Positions 39,216 through 50,528 are shown, counted from the stretch's first letter. The stretch: 64,000 bases of DNA from an uncultured Bacteroidota bacterium (GCA_937920105.1 CALETH010000131.1:6400-70399), one strand, 5' to 3'. Notes: a model not told the origin generated them from the letters alone. A program made the numbers and translations.

Positions 39216-41312
39216 ATGTCAGAAAAAAATAACAATACAGAATTTTCTCCCAAAAAAGAAAAAGGGAAAAAATCGCCAATGCGAAAAAACGATGATTTTA
39301 ATTGGGCAAAAACTTTTCGTGTTGTTCTCACATGGTCAGCAATTATACTTGGCGTATTTTTGTTAATGACAATTTTTAAAAATCAAGATGGAACAGAGTA
39401 TGAAATTACTTTTACTCAGTACCAACAATTTTTAGAAAATAAACAAATCACAAAAGCCGTTGTAAAAAAATCTGATTTTAACAATTTTGATTTTCATGGA
39501 ACGCTGAAATCATCTCAAGAAATTTTTACGCCAAACGGAAAAAAGATTATTGTAGAAAAATTCGTCCTCACACTTCCATACACAAACATTGATGATAATG
39601 TTATTGCTAAATGGAATGAAAAAGGAGTTTCTTTTACTATCACCAAAGAAGATACTATGTGGTTAAATACACTGTTAAGTATTTTACCATGGATAATTAT
39701 TTTTGCTGTGTGGATTTTTATTTTTCGTAGAATGCAGGGCGGTGCAGGTGGTGGCGGAGGTCCACGAGGAATATTTTCTTTTGGAAAAAGTCGTGCAAAA
39801 ATGCTGAATGAAGGAGCAACTAAAATTACTTTTGCGGATGTTGCTGGTGCTGATGAAGCAAAAGTAGAACTTCAAGAAGTTATTGAGTTTTTAAAAGACC
39901 CGGGAAAATTTCAAAAACTCGGTGGAAAAATTCCACGAGGCGTTTTGTTACTTGGTCCTCCGGGAACAGGAAAAACACTTCTTGCTCGTGCCGTTGCTGG
40001 CGAAGCAGGAGTTCCATTTTTTTCTATTAGTGGAGCAGAATTTGTTGAAATGTTTGTTGGTGTTGGTGCAAGCCGTGTAAGAGATTTATTTGAACAAGGA
40101 AAGCGCAGTGCACCATGTATTATTTTTATTGATGAAATTGATGCCGTTGGTCGTCATCGTGGAGCAGGACTTGGCGGTGGACATGATGAGCGTGAACAAA
40201 CACTCAATCAACTTCTTGTAGAGATGGATGGTTTTGAACAAAACAGTGGTGTGATTATTATTGCAGCAACAAATCGTCCTGATGTTCTTGACCCAGCACT
40301 TTTGCGTCCAGGACGTTTTGATAGACAAGTTGTTGTTGACCGTCCCGATGTTCGCGGACGTGAAGGAATTCTGAAAGTTCACACACGAAAAATTCCTTTA
40401 GCACCAGATGTAAAAGTAGAAATTCTTGCAAAAGGAACTCCCGGACTTTCCGGTGCAGACCTTGCGAATTTAGTGAACGAAGCCGCACTTCTTGCAGCAC
40501 GCGAAAATAAAAAAGAAGTTTCCATGCATCATTTTGAAGATGCAAAAGATAAAGTGATGATGGGAATGGAACGAAAATCTATGATTATTTCTGATAAAGA
40601 AAAACGCATTACAGCGTATCACGAAGCCGGACACGTTCTTGTTGCAAAACTTATTCCTGAATCAGACCCAATTCACAAAGTAACAATTATTCCGCGGGGA
40701 AGAGCGCTTGGTGTAACAACATCATTACCGATAGATGAAAAACATACATACTCCAAAACATATCTCGAAGCGATGATGGCAATGTTATTTGGCGGACGTG
40801 CTGCGGAAAAAATTGTGTTCAACGAATTTACTACTGGAGCAGGAAATGATATTGAGCGAGCAAGTAATCTTGCACGAAAAATGGTTTGTGAATGGGGAAT
40901 GAGTGAAAAAATGGGACCATTAGCATACGGAGCAAAGGAAGAAGAATTATTTCTTGGACGTGAAGTTACCAAACATCGAGATTTTAGCGAAGAAACAGGA
41001 AGAATGATTGATGAAGAAGTTAAAAAAATTATTAACTCTTGTATGAAAAAAGCAGAAACACTTCTTTCGGAAAACATTGATAAACTTCACAATCTTTCTA
41101 ACGCATTATTAGAGCGAGAAAATTTGGATAGTGAAGAAATAGATAAAGTTTTACGTGGAGAAGCATTACCATCATTGGAAAAAGTTAATGGTAACGGAAA
41201 AACTATTCCCGAAACAATTCCACCAATAGTAAAACCAGTACAAGAAATCAATACTGTTGTGGAACAAAGTTCTAAACCAAAAACAAAAGGAAGAAAACCC
41301 CGCACATCATGA
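39216..41312 (+). CDS. ftsH: ATP-dependent zinc metalloprotease FtsH
   Basis: Two N-terminal TM, AAA module ([16 protein letters not shown]), HEAGH zinc site. Confidence 0.97.
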   Translation: MSEKNNNTEFSPKKEKGKKSPMRKNDDFNWAKTFRVVLTWSAIILGVFLLMTIFKNQDGTEYEITFTQYQQFLENKQITKAVVKKSDFNNFDFHGTLKSSQEIFTPNGKKIIVEKFVLTLPYTNIDDNVIAKWNEKGVSFTITKEDTMWLNTLLSILPWIIIFAVWIFIFRRMQGGAGGGGGPRGIFSFGKSRAKMLNEGATKITFADVAGADEAKVELQEVIEFLKDPGKFQKLGGKIPRGVLLLGPPGTGKTLLARAVAGEAGVPFFSISGAEFVEMFVGVGASRVRDLFEQGKRSAPCIIFIDEIDAVGRHRGAGLGGGHDEREQTLNQLLVEMDGFEQNSGVIIIAATNRPDVLDPALLRPGRFDRQVVVDRPDVRGREGILKVHTRKIPLAPDVKVEILAKGTPGLSGADLANLVNEAALLAARENKKEVSMHHFEDAKDKVMMGMERKSMIISDKEKRITAYHEAGHVLVAKLIPESDPIHKVTIIPRGRALGVTTSLPIDEKHTYSKTYLEAMMAMLFGGRAAEKIVFNEFTTGAGNDIERASNLARKMVCEWGMSEKMGPLAYGAKEEELFLGREVTKHRDFSEETGRMIDEEVKKIINSCMKKAETLLSENIDKLHNLSNALLERENLDSEEIDKVLRGEALPSLEKVNGNGKTIPETIPPIVKPVQEINTVVEQSSKPKTKGRKPRTS

Positions 41313-41935
41313 TTGATAATGCTATTCAATATAAAGCGGAAGTTGTTCGCAAAGGCATTCACCTTTGTTCATTAAGTATTCCAATTATATATCATCATCT
41401 TACTCGTCAAGAGGCACTAGTTTTATTAGTGCCTCTTGCATTTTTATTTTTGATGGTCGATATCACCCGCTATTATCATAAACCAACAGCAGAAATTTTT
41501 TATAAATTTTTTCGTCCAATTCTTCGCTCTCACGAACAAAACGAAAATCAAAAAAGATTGAATGGTGCAACGTATGTTCTTCTTTCTGCAGCCTTATGTG
41601 TAGCAATATTTCCTAAAATTATTTTTCTTACAGCATTTTCTATTCTCATTATTTCAGATTCTGTTGCTGCATTAATAGGAAGAAAGTTTGGCAAGAAAAA
41701 ATTTTTTAGTAAAAGTGTAGAAGGAAGTTTCGCATTTTTTCTTTCAGCGTGTATTGTTGTACTTGTTGCACCAAAACTCACCAATACGTTTAATGAGTAT
41801 GCTATAGGATTTTTTGCAGCAGCAGTGGGTGCTGTGGTAGAAGCATTATCAATTACGATAGATGATAATTTTTCTATACCAATTTCTGTAGGAAGTGTGA
41901 TGTGGATTGGATATATATTATTTCATCTTTTGTAA
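41309..41935 (+). CDS. CTP-dependent polyprenol/diacylglycerol kinase-like membrane protein (CTP_transf_1 / DGK1-Sec59 superfamily)
   Basis: 208 aa, 6 TM, ATGA-coupled to ftsH. Confidence 0.5.
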   Translation: MIDNAIQYKAEVVRKGIHLCSLSIPIIYHHLTRQEALVLLVPLAFLFLMVDITRYYHKPTAEIFYKFFRPILRSHEQNENQKRLNGATYVLLSAALCVAIFPKIIFLTAFSILIISDSVAALIGRKFGKKKFFSKSVEGSFAFFLSACIVVLVAPKLTNTFNEYAIGFFAAAVGAVVEALSITIDDNFSIPISVGSVMWIGYILFHLL

Positions 41936-41967
41936 ATTAAGCAAGATTTTTTTCATCTATACAGCCA

Positions 41968-42002
41968 AGACCTCACAGGTTTTTAAAACCTGTGAGGTCT
42001 TG
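41968..42002. repeat. Palindromic repeat AGAC-stem-TTTAAAA-stem-GTCT (variant B, opposite orientation to 4461)
   Basis: aagacctcacaggtttttaaaacctgtgaggtctt. Confidence 0.8.
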
Positions 42003-42058
42003 TACTGCAAAAAAATAGTTTTTATATAAATCCATTCTTGTAAAATAATTTCTCAATC

Positions 42059-44542
42059 GTGAAAAGTATTTTCCTCAAAAAAACATTTTTCTTTTTATCA
42101 CTCATTACCATTTTTTCCGGTTGTGATTGTGGAAGAAAAATTACACTTCAAGAAATTCAATCTCTTCGTATTCAAGCACAAGAATATCTTCAGCAAAAAC
42201 AATATCAATCTGCGGAAAAACTGTTTGTAGAAATTCTTCAAAACGAACAAACATTCTCAGAAAACGAATCCTCAATCGCAAAAGATAAAAGTACGTTTGC
42301 TGAAATACAAAGTTTTGTAGGAAAAATTTCTCCAGCAATAGAAAACTACGAATTTGCTTTAGAGTATTATCGTAAAACATTCGATAAAAAAAATGAAATA
42401 CAAATATTAAACTCTTTAGGTGGACTTTGTTTAGCACTAAAAGATAACGAAAGAGCAAAATCCTATTTTGCAGATGCACTCACAATAAGTGAAGTGTATG
42501 GAGATTCTTTTTCTACAATACAAAGCACAAATAATTATGCTATGATGTTGTATCAGAACGGAGAATATCAAAAAGCACTTTCATATTTTTTTCGTGTAAA
42601 AGACTTTTACCAAAATCATTCTTTAGAAAATACCGCAAAAGCAATTTTTAGTATTGCAGATATTTACACAAAAATAAATAATGAAACTGAAGCCATTCGT
42701 ATTTTTACAGAAGCAAAAAACACTCTTCAATTATTAAATAATGATTTTGTACAAAGCGAATTTCATTTTCACTATGGAAATAGTTTAGCATATTTTGAGC
42801 ACTGGTCTCAAGCACTCTATCACTATAAACAAGCATTACAAATTTTTCAAAAAAAATCTTTAGATAATGAACAAAAAAAACGCGTAGTAGATATACAGAA
42901 AAATATTGGAAATATTTTTTACAAAAATTTTAATTTTGAACTCGCAAAATCTCATTTTATAGAAGCATATACACTTGCAAAATCTATCAATGATAAGCTT
43001 TCCACGGGATATCTTCTTGTTCTTATTGCGGATTGTGAATTAAAAAACGGATTACCAAAGTTTTCACAACAATCCACAATTAATGCAAAAAATTATTATG
43101 AACAATCACTCACATTTTTTTCTCGAATAGGATTTATCCCGGGACAATCTGTGGCGTTGTGGAAATTGGGTTTTTTGCAGGAACTTTCTCGTGATGTTGA
43201 TGGAGCAATACAATCCTACAAAAAAGCATTGGAATTGCAATCATCACTATTGCAAGATTTTTCTACCAACGATAATGTTTTTGATGAACTCCAACAAATT
43301 CCATATACAAATCTTATAGAATTACTTCTTCAACAAAACAAAATCTCCGAAGCACTGTATTATGCGGAACAAGAGCGAACACTTCCATTATGGAGAACGT
43401 TGCAAAAATTTTCATTTACTTTTAATAATGAAAAAAAACAATATTTAGTTCACTCTTACCAAAAACAATTTCGTGAATCTGCGATAATGGAACGAGAATT
43501 ATTATTACAAACAATTTCTTTATATACAGACACGCAATATAGAAATGAAGTAGAGCAAAAAAATCTACAAAACGAGAAAAATCTTTTGACAACAAGTTCA
43601 ACGTTAGCACGAGAATATCCTGCGGTGGAAATTTATGCAAAAATTCCTTCGTTCACGGATGAAGAAATACAAGCATCGTTACCGGAAAACACAACCATTC
43701 TTAATTATTATCAAACAAAAAATACATTGTATATTTTTGTCATTAATCCCGCACAAAAAATTTCTGTAATAAAAAAAGACGTACAAAAAAATGGTGGATA
43801 TAATTATTGGATTTCTTCTGTGGAAAATCTTTTTCAAAAAAGAGTGGTAATTATTCCGCCGAAAGATATACCATTTTTTTCAATGCATTCATTGCAAAAA
43901 AATGAAAAAGAAACGTTGTTAGATAAGGTTGATGTTTCCTATCTTCCGTATCTTTCCTGTGTAAGAAGTATCAACAATACTTCTCGTTTTGTGAACAGTG
44001 TTTCTGCCTTTGGAAATCCTACAGGAAAACAATGGGCGGTAGATTTTGAATTGCGTGATATTCGTTCGTTTTTTAAAGATGCTTCTATTAATGCGGGAAA
44101 AAATTTTACTAAACAGCGATTACTTTCTTCCACTGGAGATTTGTTGCAACTTTCCACAACATTTCAGCAAGAAGAAGATATTACATCGTCTGCATTAAAA
44201 ATTTCTGCTGGCAATACTACGGATGATAGCGAAAAAATGTTTCTTTCAGAATATACTCAACTCAATTCTTTTTCAGCAGTGTATTTTTCTTCACAAGAAA
44301 ATGAGGAAAATCGGATTTCAATTTTCCATGCAATTATTCCAATGCTGAATGATGCTTGTTACGTTATTGCAACACCATTTTCTTCAACAACAAAAGCAAA
44401 TAAAATATTTAGCGAAAAATTTTACTCCACTCTTGCTAGTGGTGGTACAGTGAATGAAGCATATCGCGAAGCAGTTCTTGAGATAAAAAATCGTAAAGAG
44501 TTTTCTCAACAATGGTTTCAGTTTTTTAAATTTGGGAAGTAG
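42059..44542 (+). CDS. TPR-repeat lipoprotein with degenerate CHAT-like C-terminal domain
   Basis: GTG start; lipoprotein signal (…ITIFSGC); many TPR-like repeats; the C-terminal 250 aa loosely resembles CHAT (…LNDACYVIATPFS…FYSTLASGGTVNEAYREAVLEI) but the catalytic His/Cys are not clearly conserved. Confidence 0.5.
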   Translation: MKSIFLKKTFFFLSLITIFSGCDCGRKITLQEIQSLRIQAQEYLQQKQYQSAEKLFVEILQNEQTFSENESSIAKDKSTFAEIQSFVGKISPAIENYEFALEYYRKTFDKKNEIQILNSLGGLCLALKDNERAKSYFADALTISEVYGDSFSTIQSTNNYAMMLYQNGEYQKALSYFFRVKDFYQNHSLENTAKAIFSIADIYTKINNETEAIRIFTEAKNTLQLLNNDFVQSEFHFHYGNSLAYFEHWSQALYHYKQALQIFQKKSLDNEQKKRVVDIQKNIGNIFYKNFNFELAKSHFIEAYTLAKSINDKLSTGYLLVLIADCELKNGLPKFSQQSTINAKNYYEQSLTFFSRIGFIPGQSVALWKLGFLQELSRDVDGAIQSYKKALELQSSLLQDFSTNDNVFDELQQIPYTNLIELLLQQNKISEALYYAEQERTLPLWRTLQKFSFTFNNEKKQYLVHSYQKQFRESAIMERELLLQTISLYTDTQYRNEVEQKNLQNEKNLLTTSSTLAREYPAVEIYAKIPSFTDEEIQASLPENTTILNYYQTKNTLYIFVINPAQKISVIKKDVQKNGGYNYWISSVENLFQKRVVIIPPKDIPFFSMHSLQKNEKETLLDKVDVSYLPYLSCVRSINNTSRFVNSVSAFGNPTGKQWAVDFELRDIRSFFKDASINAGKNFTKQRLLSSTGDLLQLSTTFQQEEDITSSALKISAGNTTDDSEKMFLSEYTQLNSFSAVYFSSQENEENRISIFHAIIPMLNDACYVIATPFSSTTKANKIFSEKFYSTLASGGTVNEAYREAVLEIKNRKEFSQQWFQFFKFGK

Positions 44543-44545
44543 ATG

Positions 44546-45082
44546 TTATAATTTTCTCAACTTTTCTTTTCCCAACATAATTCCCACAATAGATTTTCCA
44601 TCCACAATAACTCCATTATAAATTTTTTCTATTGCTTCATCAAGAGGTATGCGGAGAAGTTTAATGCTTTGTTCTCCTTCTTCTAATGCTTGTCCATGAG
44701 GAGAAGGGAAAAGATTTTGTGCAAGATAAATGTGAAGGTGTTCGTTACAAAATCCGGGAGTGGTGAGAAGTGTGGTAAGTTTTGTCCATTGATGAGCAGT
44801 ATATCCAGTTTCTTCTTGCAATTCTCGTGCAGCACAATGTTGAGGGTCTTCATTATAATCCAATTTTCCTGCAGGAAGTTCAATAATTTCTTTGCCAATG
44901 GGATGACGATATTGTTGGATGAGAAGAATATCTCCATTTTCAAAAACAGGAAGCACAACGCTTCCTCCGGGATGTTCTACAATTTCTCGTGATGTGAGTG
45001 TGCCGGATGGATGTTGAAAATGTTCTATAGAAACATCAATAATATATCCTTGATATTTTTTTTCTTTACGAAGGATTTGCAT
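44546..45082 (-). CDS. NUDIX hydrolase (ADP-ribose pyrophosphatase-like)
   Basis: Nudix box GKLDYNEDPQHCAARELQEETGY. Start placed at ATG 45082; the track extends to GTG 45109. Confidence 0.85.
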   Translation of the reverse strand: MQILRKEKKYQGYIIDVSIEHFQHPSGTLTSREIVEHPGGSVVLPVFENGDILLIQQYRHPIGKEIIELPAGKLDYNEDPQHCAARELQEETGYTAHQWTKLTTLLTTPGFCNEHLHIYLAQNLFPSPHGQALEEGEQSIKLLRIPLDEAIEKIYNGVIVDGKSIVGIMLGKEKLRKL

Positions 45083-46187
45083 CAGTTTGATTTTTGAGAT
45101 GAACAACACGTTGCGGGAAGGGAATTTCTATATTTGCTTCTGCTAATGCATTATAAAGAGAAACACGTAAATTTTCTGCAACAAGAAATTGTTCTTGAAA
45201 ACTATCTATTCTACACACTGCTGTAAATTCCAAAGCAGAATCTCCTAAATTTTTTAACAAAACAATTGGTTCTGGGTCTTTTAATATTTTGGGATGTGTC
45301 TGCATAATGGTAAGCATAATTTTTTTTACTTGTTCTACATTTGAGCCATATGCAACACCAAAATCCACTACCACACGAACATGAGGATTTGGATAGGAAT
45401 AATTGATAATTCTTGTTTTTACTAATTCAGAATTAGGAATAATTATTATGTTGTTATCAAAATCCAATACTCTGGTACTTCGCAAACCAATATCAGTAAC
45501 TTCACCAATTTCTCCAGATGGAATTTTTATTCTATCACCAACGTGATACGATTGGTCAATCATAATAACAAAGCCGGCAATCATATTTGCAAGGGTTTCT
45601 TGTGCCGCAAGACCGATGATGATGGTACCAGCACCAAGTACGGTAAATAAACTTGAAATATCTTGTCCAAAATGTCCAAGAACAATAACAAGTCCTATAA
45701 AAACAACAAAAGTATTGGTAAGCCGGCTAATGAGAATAGAAAGAGAAGAACTGAATTTTTTCTTTTTGTCTTCTTCAACAGAAGTAATAACATGGTGAAC
45801 CGTTAATCGCACAGCACGTACAGCGATAATAAGAAAAGCAATAACTATTCCGATGAAAAGAGTATCTTTTGTATAATCGAGAATTCTTACTGTAACATTA
45901 TCTGAACTGGAAATGCCGCTGATAACTTTCGTAATCCCTACATACACACCAGCAACAATAGAAATTCCAAAAGTAAATTTGGTAAGAATTTCAATAACTT
46001 TATTGAGAATTCTGAAACGAATACCTTTATTAATAAAGATGAGAATAATTTGTAAAATTTTTCCTGCTAAGATGAAAAATAGTACAAACAACAATGCTTT
46101 TACTATTTGATAAAAAATTCCTGTACCAAATAATGATTGAATAAATGTTAAACTTGTTTCTCCAAAAACACTAAAAAAAGAATCCAT
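45066..46187 (-). CDS. Mechanosensitive ion channel, MscS family
   Basis: TM3-pore helix region GAGTIIIGLAAQETLANMIAGFVIM and beta-domain. Confidence 0.85.
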   Translation of the reverse strand: MDSFFSVFGETSLTFIQSLFGTGIFYQIVKALLFVLFFILAGKILQIILIFINKGIRFRILNKVIEILTKFTFGISIVAGVYVGITKVISGISSSDNVTVRILDYTKDTLFIGIVIAFLIIAVRAVRLTVHHVITSVEEDKKKKFSSSLSILISRLTNTFVVFIGLVIVLGHFGQDISSLFTVLGAGTIIIGLAAQETLANMIAGFVIMIDQSYHVGDRIKIPSGEIGEVTDIGLRSTRVLDFDNNIIIIPNSELVKTRIINYSYPNPHVRVVVDFGVAYGSNVEQVKKIMLTIMQTHPKILKDPEPIVLLKNLGDSALEFTAVCRIDSFQEQFLVAENLRVSLYNALAEANIEIPFPQRVVHLKNQTDANPS

Positions 46188-46768
46188 TATATTTTCCTAC
46201 TCCCCGGTTTAATTGCTTCACTACCTTCTTTGCATAACGGACATTCTTCGGCTTTATGAGTAATCACATCCATATCTAAAACAGAATATGTTTTTGCATC
46301 AAATTTTACTTTTCCATTACTGCGGTCCACAATGTAACCAACACCAGATAATATTGCTCCAGCATTCTTCACAATGGAAATTACTTCTTCTACAGAGCCA
46401 CCAGTTGTTACAACATCTTCTACAACCAAGACACGTTCACCTTTTTTTAATTCAAATCCACGGCGGAGAGACATTACTCCGTTTTCGCGTTCAGTGAACA
46501 TTGTACGTGCTTCTAACAATCTTCCAACTTCAGTTGCAACAACAATTCCGCCAATTGCCGGAGAAATAACAACTTCTATTTCACTGTATTGAAAATGTTT
46601 TGCAATTTCTCCAGAAAATAGATGAAGATATTTTGGATATTGCAATACTTTTGCACATTGAAAATATTGCGGACTGTGTAAGCCCGAGGAAAGAAGAAAA
46701 TGACCTTCAAGTAAAGCGTGGGTTTCTTTGAAGATTTCTAATATTTGTTGTTTGGGAAGTTTTTGCAT
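46187..46768 (-). CDS. pyrE: Orotate phosphoribosyltransferase
   Basis: GHFLLSSGLHSPQYF, PRPP-binding VLVVEDVVTTGGS. Confidence 0.88.
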   Translation of the reverse strand: MQKLPKQQILEIFKETHALLEGHFLLSSGLHSPQYFQCAKVLQYPKYLHLFSGEIAKHFQYSEIEVVISPAIGGIVVATEVGRLLEARTMFTERENGVMSLRRGFELKKGERVLVVEDVVTTGGSVEEVISIVKNAGAILSGVGYIVDRSNGKVKFDAKTYSVLDMDVITHKAEECPLCKEGSEAIKPGSRKI

Positions 46769-46774
46769 AAGAGT

Positions 46775-47050
46775 TTATAATTTATCAATACATTGTGCTA
46801 ATAGAAAATCTTTTTCCGTCAACCCGCCTTTACTGTGAGTAGAAAGTACGAGTGTAATTTTATTCCATCGAATATCAATATCAGGATGGTGATTCATTTT
46901 TTCTGAAAGAAGTGCAACAGATTGTACAAAACCCATTGCATGAACGAAATCTTTTTTAGTGAATGTTTTATAGATTTCCGTTCCGTTTTGTTTCCAGCCC
47001 TTAAGCTTTTTTAAAGAAGTGGAAATTTGTTTTTTTGTGAGAAGTTTCAT
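46775..47050 (-). CDS. Pterin-4a-carbinolamine dehydratase (PCD/DCoH)
   Basis: 91 aa, [EDKH]-x(3)-H-[HN]-P motif region NHHPDIDIRWNKITLVLSTHSKGGLT. Confidence 0.85.
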   Translation of the reverse strand: MKLLTKKQISTSLKKLKGWKQNGTEIYKTFTKKDFVHAMGFVQSVALLSEKMNHHPDIDIRWNKITLVLSTHSKGGLTEKDFLLAQCIDKL

Positions 47051-47070
47051 AAAAGATATAAAATTTTAAA

Positions 47071-47102
47071 TTTGTCATCCCGTAATAACAGGATGACAAA
47101 TC
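47071..47102. repeat. REP-like palindrome tgtcatcc-N-ggatgaca
   Basis: tttgtcatcccgtaataacaggatgacaaatc. Confidence 0.65.
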
Positions 47103-47111
47103 TTTATAGCA

Positions 47112-47414
47112 TTATTTTCTTGTTTGTACTTCTACTGCAACAATTTCTTCAACAAGAATAAGGGCATCAAAGAAATTTTTTCCATCTAACTGTGTTATTA
47201 CACAAGTATTATTTCCAACGTCACCAACAAATCCTTTATAAGATTTTCCATTTTTTAACACTACTTCAACTTTAATTTTTTGTTCTTTCGCAGTATCTAA
47301 AAGTTTAGGAATGCTAAAAACAGAACTTAATTTGAGTTCTTGTTTTTCTTGTGAAAAAAGTGGCGAGGTACTAAATAACAATCCAACAATGAGAGAAAAG
47401 AAAAAGGTTTTCAT
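47112..47414 (-). CDS. Small secreted hypothetical protein
   Basis: 100 aa, signal peptide MKTFFFSLIVGLLFSTSPLFSQ. Confidence 0.5.
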   Translation of the reverse strand: MKTFFFSLIVGLLFSTSPLFSQEKQELKLSSVFSIPKLLDTAKEQKIKVEVVLKNGKSYKGFVGDVGNNTCVITQLDGKNFFDALILVEEIVAVEVQTRK

Positions 47415-47775
47415 AAAAACTCCTTATAAAATAAAAAATGAATTAAGTGAATTATTAGAACATGCAAATAGAATGTACAAAAAATAAGGGAAAAATTTAG
47501 AGTCAAGAAAAAAATAAATTTTTTTTCAAAAAAAATCTTGCTTTCGCTTTACTAAATATCTTATATTAAACCAGCAACAAAAAATATCCCCCGTGTTGTT
47601 AAAAATTCTGCACCTCGTTACAACACTATCATTATATATCAAGATAAAAATTTCATGTTTATACAGTCAACAATTGTTTGTAGTAGAAATCACATTTCGT
47701 TTTCTACAAAATAATTATTATTGAATGTATGCAAACATTTTCTATATACTTTTTTTATAAATAAGGAATACTACC

Positions 47776-50517
47776 ATGGTAGAAGAAAAAGTCATCATCG
47801 CAGAAAAAAAAGTTTCTGTGCGTTCTTCTCAAGATGAAAAAGAAAGTATCTCCAAAGGACTTTCTTTTCGTCGTTATTTTACCACTGCCGGAGTTCATCC
47901 ATTTGATGAGTTAGAATGGGAATTTCGTACGGCAACAATCTCCAATGAAAAAGGAGAGAAAATTTTTGTTCAAGAAAATGTAGAAATTCCTAAAACATGG
48001 TCGATGACAGCAACGAATGTTGTTGTATCAAAATATTTTCATGGATTGATTGGTACGCCAGAACGTGAAACCAGTGTACGTCAATTAGTAGAGCGAGTTG
48101 CAAAAACCACAATGGAGTGGGGAAAAAAACAAAAATATTTTGCAACCGAAGAAGATTCAGAAATTTTTTACAATGAATTATCTTTTCTCCTCGTCAATCA
48201 ATACATGGCATTCAACAGTCCAGTGTGGTTTAATGTTGGTGTGGAAGAAAAACCACAATGCTCTGCATGTTTTATCAATTCCGTTCAAGATAACATGGAA
48301 TCCATTTTAAAACTTGCAAAAACGGAAGGCATGCTTTTCAAATGGGGTTCTGGAACTGGTTCAAATCTTTCAACGCTACGTTCTTCAAAAGAAACATTGA
48401 GTGGTGGAGGAACTGCATCAGGTCCGGTTTCCTTTATGAAGGGCTTTGATGCATTCGCTGGAGTTATTAAATCCGGAGGAAAAACTCGTCGAGCAGCAAA
48501 AATGGTCATTCTCAATGCAGACCATCCTGATGTTATGGATTTTATTCATTGCAAATCCGATGAAGAAAAAAAAGCATGGGCACTAATTGATGCTGGTTAT
48601 AATGGTGGATTTAATGTTCCGGGTGGAGCGTATGATTCCGTTTCTTACCAAAACGCAAATCATTCCGTACGAGTTACTGATGAATTTATGAAAGCCGTTT
48701 TGGAAGATAAAGAATGGTTCACCAAAAGTGTTAAAGGTGGAAAGATTGTACAAACATATAGAGCAAGAGATATTATGAAACAAATCTCTGAATCTGCTTG
48801 GGTTTGCGGAGACCCCGGAATGCAGTATGATACAACAATCAATAACTGGCACACATCAGCAAACACGGCACGCATCAATGCATCCAATCCATGCAGCGAA
48901 TATATGTATCTTGATGATTCAGCATGTAATCTTGCATCACTTAATTTAATGAAATTTAGAAAACAAGATGGTGAATTTGATGTAGAAGCATTTAAGCATG
49001 CAGTAGATATTACCATCACATCACAAGAAATTTTTGTTGATAATGCAAGTTATCCAACACCAGCAATTGAAAAAAATAGTCATGATTTTCGTCCGCTTGG
49101 ATTAGGATATGCAAATCTTGGTGCATTGCTTATGGCACGCGGACTTGCGTACGATAGTGATGCTGGAAGAGAATATTCTGCAGCAATTACATCATTAATG
49201 TGTGGAGAAGCATATAAACAATCTGCACTTATTGCAAAAGAAATGGGAACGTTTAAAGGGTATGCAATTAATCGTGAACCAATGTTAAATGTGATGAACA
49301 AGCACAGCATCTATGCAGAAAAAATAAATGAAAAACATGTTCCAGAAGAATTATTACACGAAGCACGTCAAGTATGGCAAGAGGCAATTGAGTATGGAAA
49401 ACAGTACGGTTATCGTAACGGACAAGCAACAGTGCTTGCACCAACGGGAACAATTGGATTTATGATGGATTGTGATACCACAGGTGTTGAACCAGATATT
49501 GCATTGGTGAAATACAAAAAACTTGTTGGTGGCGGACTTTTAAAAATTGTCAACCAAACCGTACCAGAAGCATTACGAAAATTAAATTATGATAGTGAAC
49601 AAATAGAACACATTATAAAGTACATCGAAAAAAATGACACCATTGAAGGTGCACCATATTTAAAAGAAGAACATCTTTCTGTTTTTGATTGTGCATTCAA
49701 ACCAGCAAAAGGAAAACGTTCTATTCAATATATGGGGCACATTAAAATGATGGCAGCAACACAGCCATTTTTAAGCGGAGCAATTTCTAAAACAGTAAAT
49801 ATGCCAAATGAAGTTACTGTTGATGAAATAATGCAAGCATACATTGAAGCATGGAAACTTGGATTGAAAGCAATCGCAGTGTACCGAGATGGATGTAAAC
49901 GTACACAACCACTCAGCACGTCTTTAGAAAGCAAAGATGGAGAAAAATTAAAACTTGCACGTCCCGTGCGAAGAAAACTTCCCGCAGAACGAAAAGCCAT
50001 TACACACAAGTTCAGCATCGCAGGACATGAGGGCTATATCACTGCTGGATTATATGAAGATGGAACACTTGGTGAAGTTTTTATCACAATGTCAAAAGAA
50101 GGTTCAACAATTTCCGGAATGATGGATGCATTTGCAACATCAGTTTCGTTGGCATTGCAATACGGAGTTCCGTTAAAAGTATTGGTAGATAAATTCAGCC
50201 ACATGAGATTTGAACCATCCGGATTTACCAACAATCCCGATATACCAATAGCAAAATCTTTCTGTGATTATATTTTTAGATGGTTAGGAATGAAATTTTT
50301 ATCCAAAGAAGAACAACCATTTGTAGCAGAAACAATTGCAGAAAAAACAGATGCACCAAAAATAGCAAAACAATCAGCAAATGTTGAAAGTAAAGAAAAA
50401 GTAATTTTCCAAACACAAGCAGATGCACCACCATGCCATGAATGCGGAAGTATTATGATACGTTCTGGAAGTTGTTATAAGTGTATTCAATGTGGTTCAA
50501 CAAGCGGTTGTTCGTAA
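47776..50517 (+). CDS. nrdJ: Class II (adenosylcobalamin-dependent) ribonucleotide reductase
   Basis: 913 aa; RNR barrel signatures (NPCSEYM, active-site Cys regions) and C-terminal CxxC...CxxC zinc ribbon (CHECGSIMIRSGSCYKCIQCG). Confidence 0.93.
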   Translation: MVEEKVIIAEKKVSVRSSQDEKESISKGLSFRRYFTTAGVHPFDELEWEFRTATISNEKGEKIFVQENVEIPKTWSMTATNVVVSKYFHGLIGTPERETSVRQLVERVAKTTMEWGKKQKYFATEEDSEIFYNELSFLLVNQYMAFNSPVWFNVGVEEKPQCSACFINSVQDNMESILKLAKTEGMLFKWGSGTGSNLSTLRSSKETLSGGGTASGPVSFMKGFDAFAGVIKSGGKTRRAAKMVILNADHPDVMDFIHCKSDEEKKAWALIDAGYNGGFNVPGGAYDSVSYQNANHSVRVTDEFMKAVLEDKEWFTKSVKGGKIVQTYRARDIMKQISESAWVCGDPGMQYDTTINNWHTSANTARINASNPCSEYMYLDDSACNLASLNLMKFRKQDGEFDVEAFKHAVDITITSQEIFVDNASYPTPAIEKNSHDFRPLGLGYANLGALLMARGLAYDSDAGREYSAAITSLMCGEAYKQSALIAKEMGTFKGYAINREPMLNVMNKHSIYAEKINEKHVPEELLHEARQVWQEAIEYGKQYGYRNGQATVLAPTGTIGFMMDCDTTGVEPDIALVKYKKLVGGGLLKIVNQTVPEALRKLNYDSEQIEHIIKYIEKNDTIEGAPYLKEEHLSVFDCAFKPAKGKRSIQYMGHIKMMAATQPFLSGAISKTVNMPNEVTVDEIMQAYIEAWKLGLKAIAVYRDGCKRTQPLSTSLESKDGEKLKLARPVRRKLPAERKAITHKFSIAGHEGYITAGLYEDGTLGEVFITMSKEGSTISGMMDAFATSVSLALQYGVPLKVLVDKFSHMRFEPSGFTNNPDIPIAKSFCDYIFRWLGMKFLSKEEQPFVAETIAEKTDAPKIAKQSANVESKEKVIFQTQADAPPCHECGSIMIRSGSCYKCIQCGSTSGCS

Positions 50518-50528
50518 ATTATAAAGTA

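Noticed and set aside
47415-47775. Cobalamin riboswitch upstream of the B12-dependent nrdJ
   Set aside because: No B12-box-like conserved core seen. B12 riboswitches normally repress B12-independent RNRs, not nrdJ.
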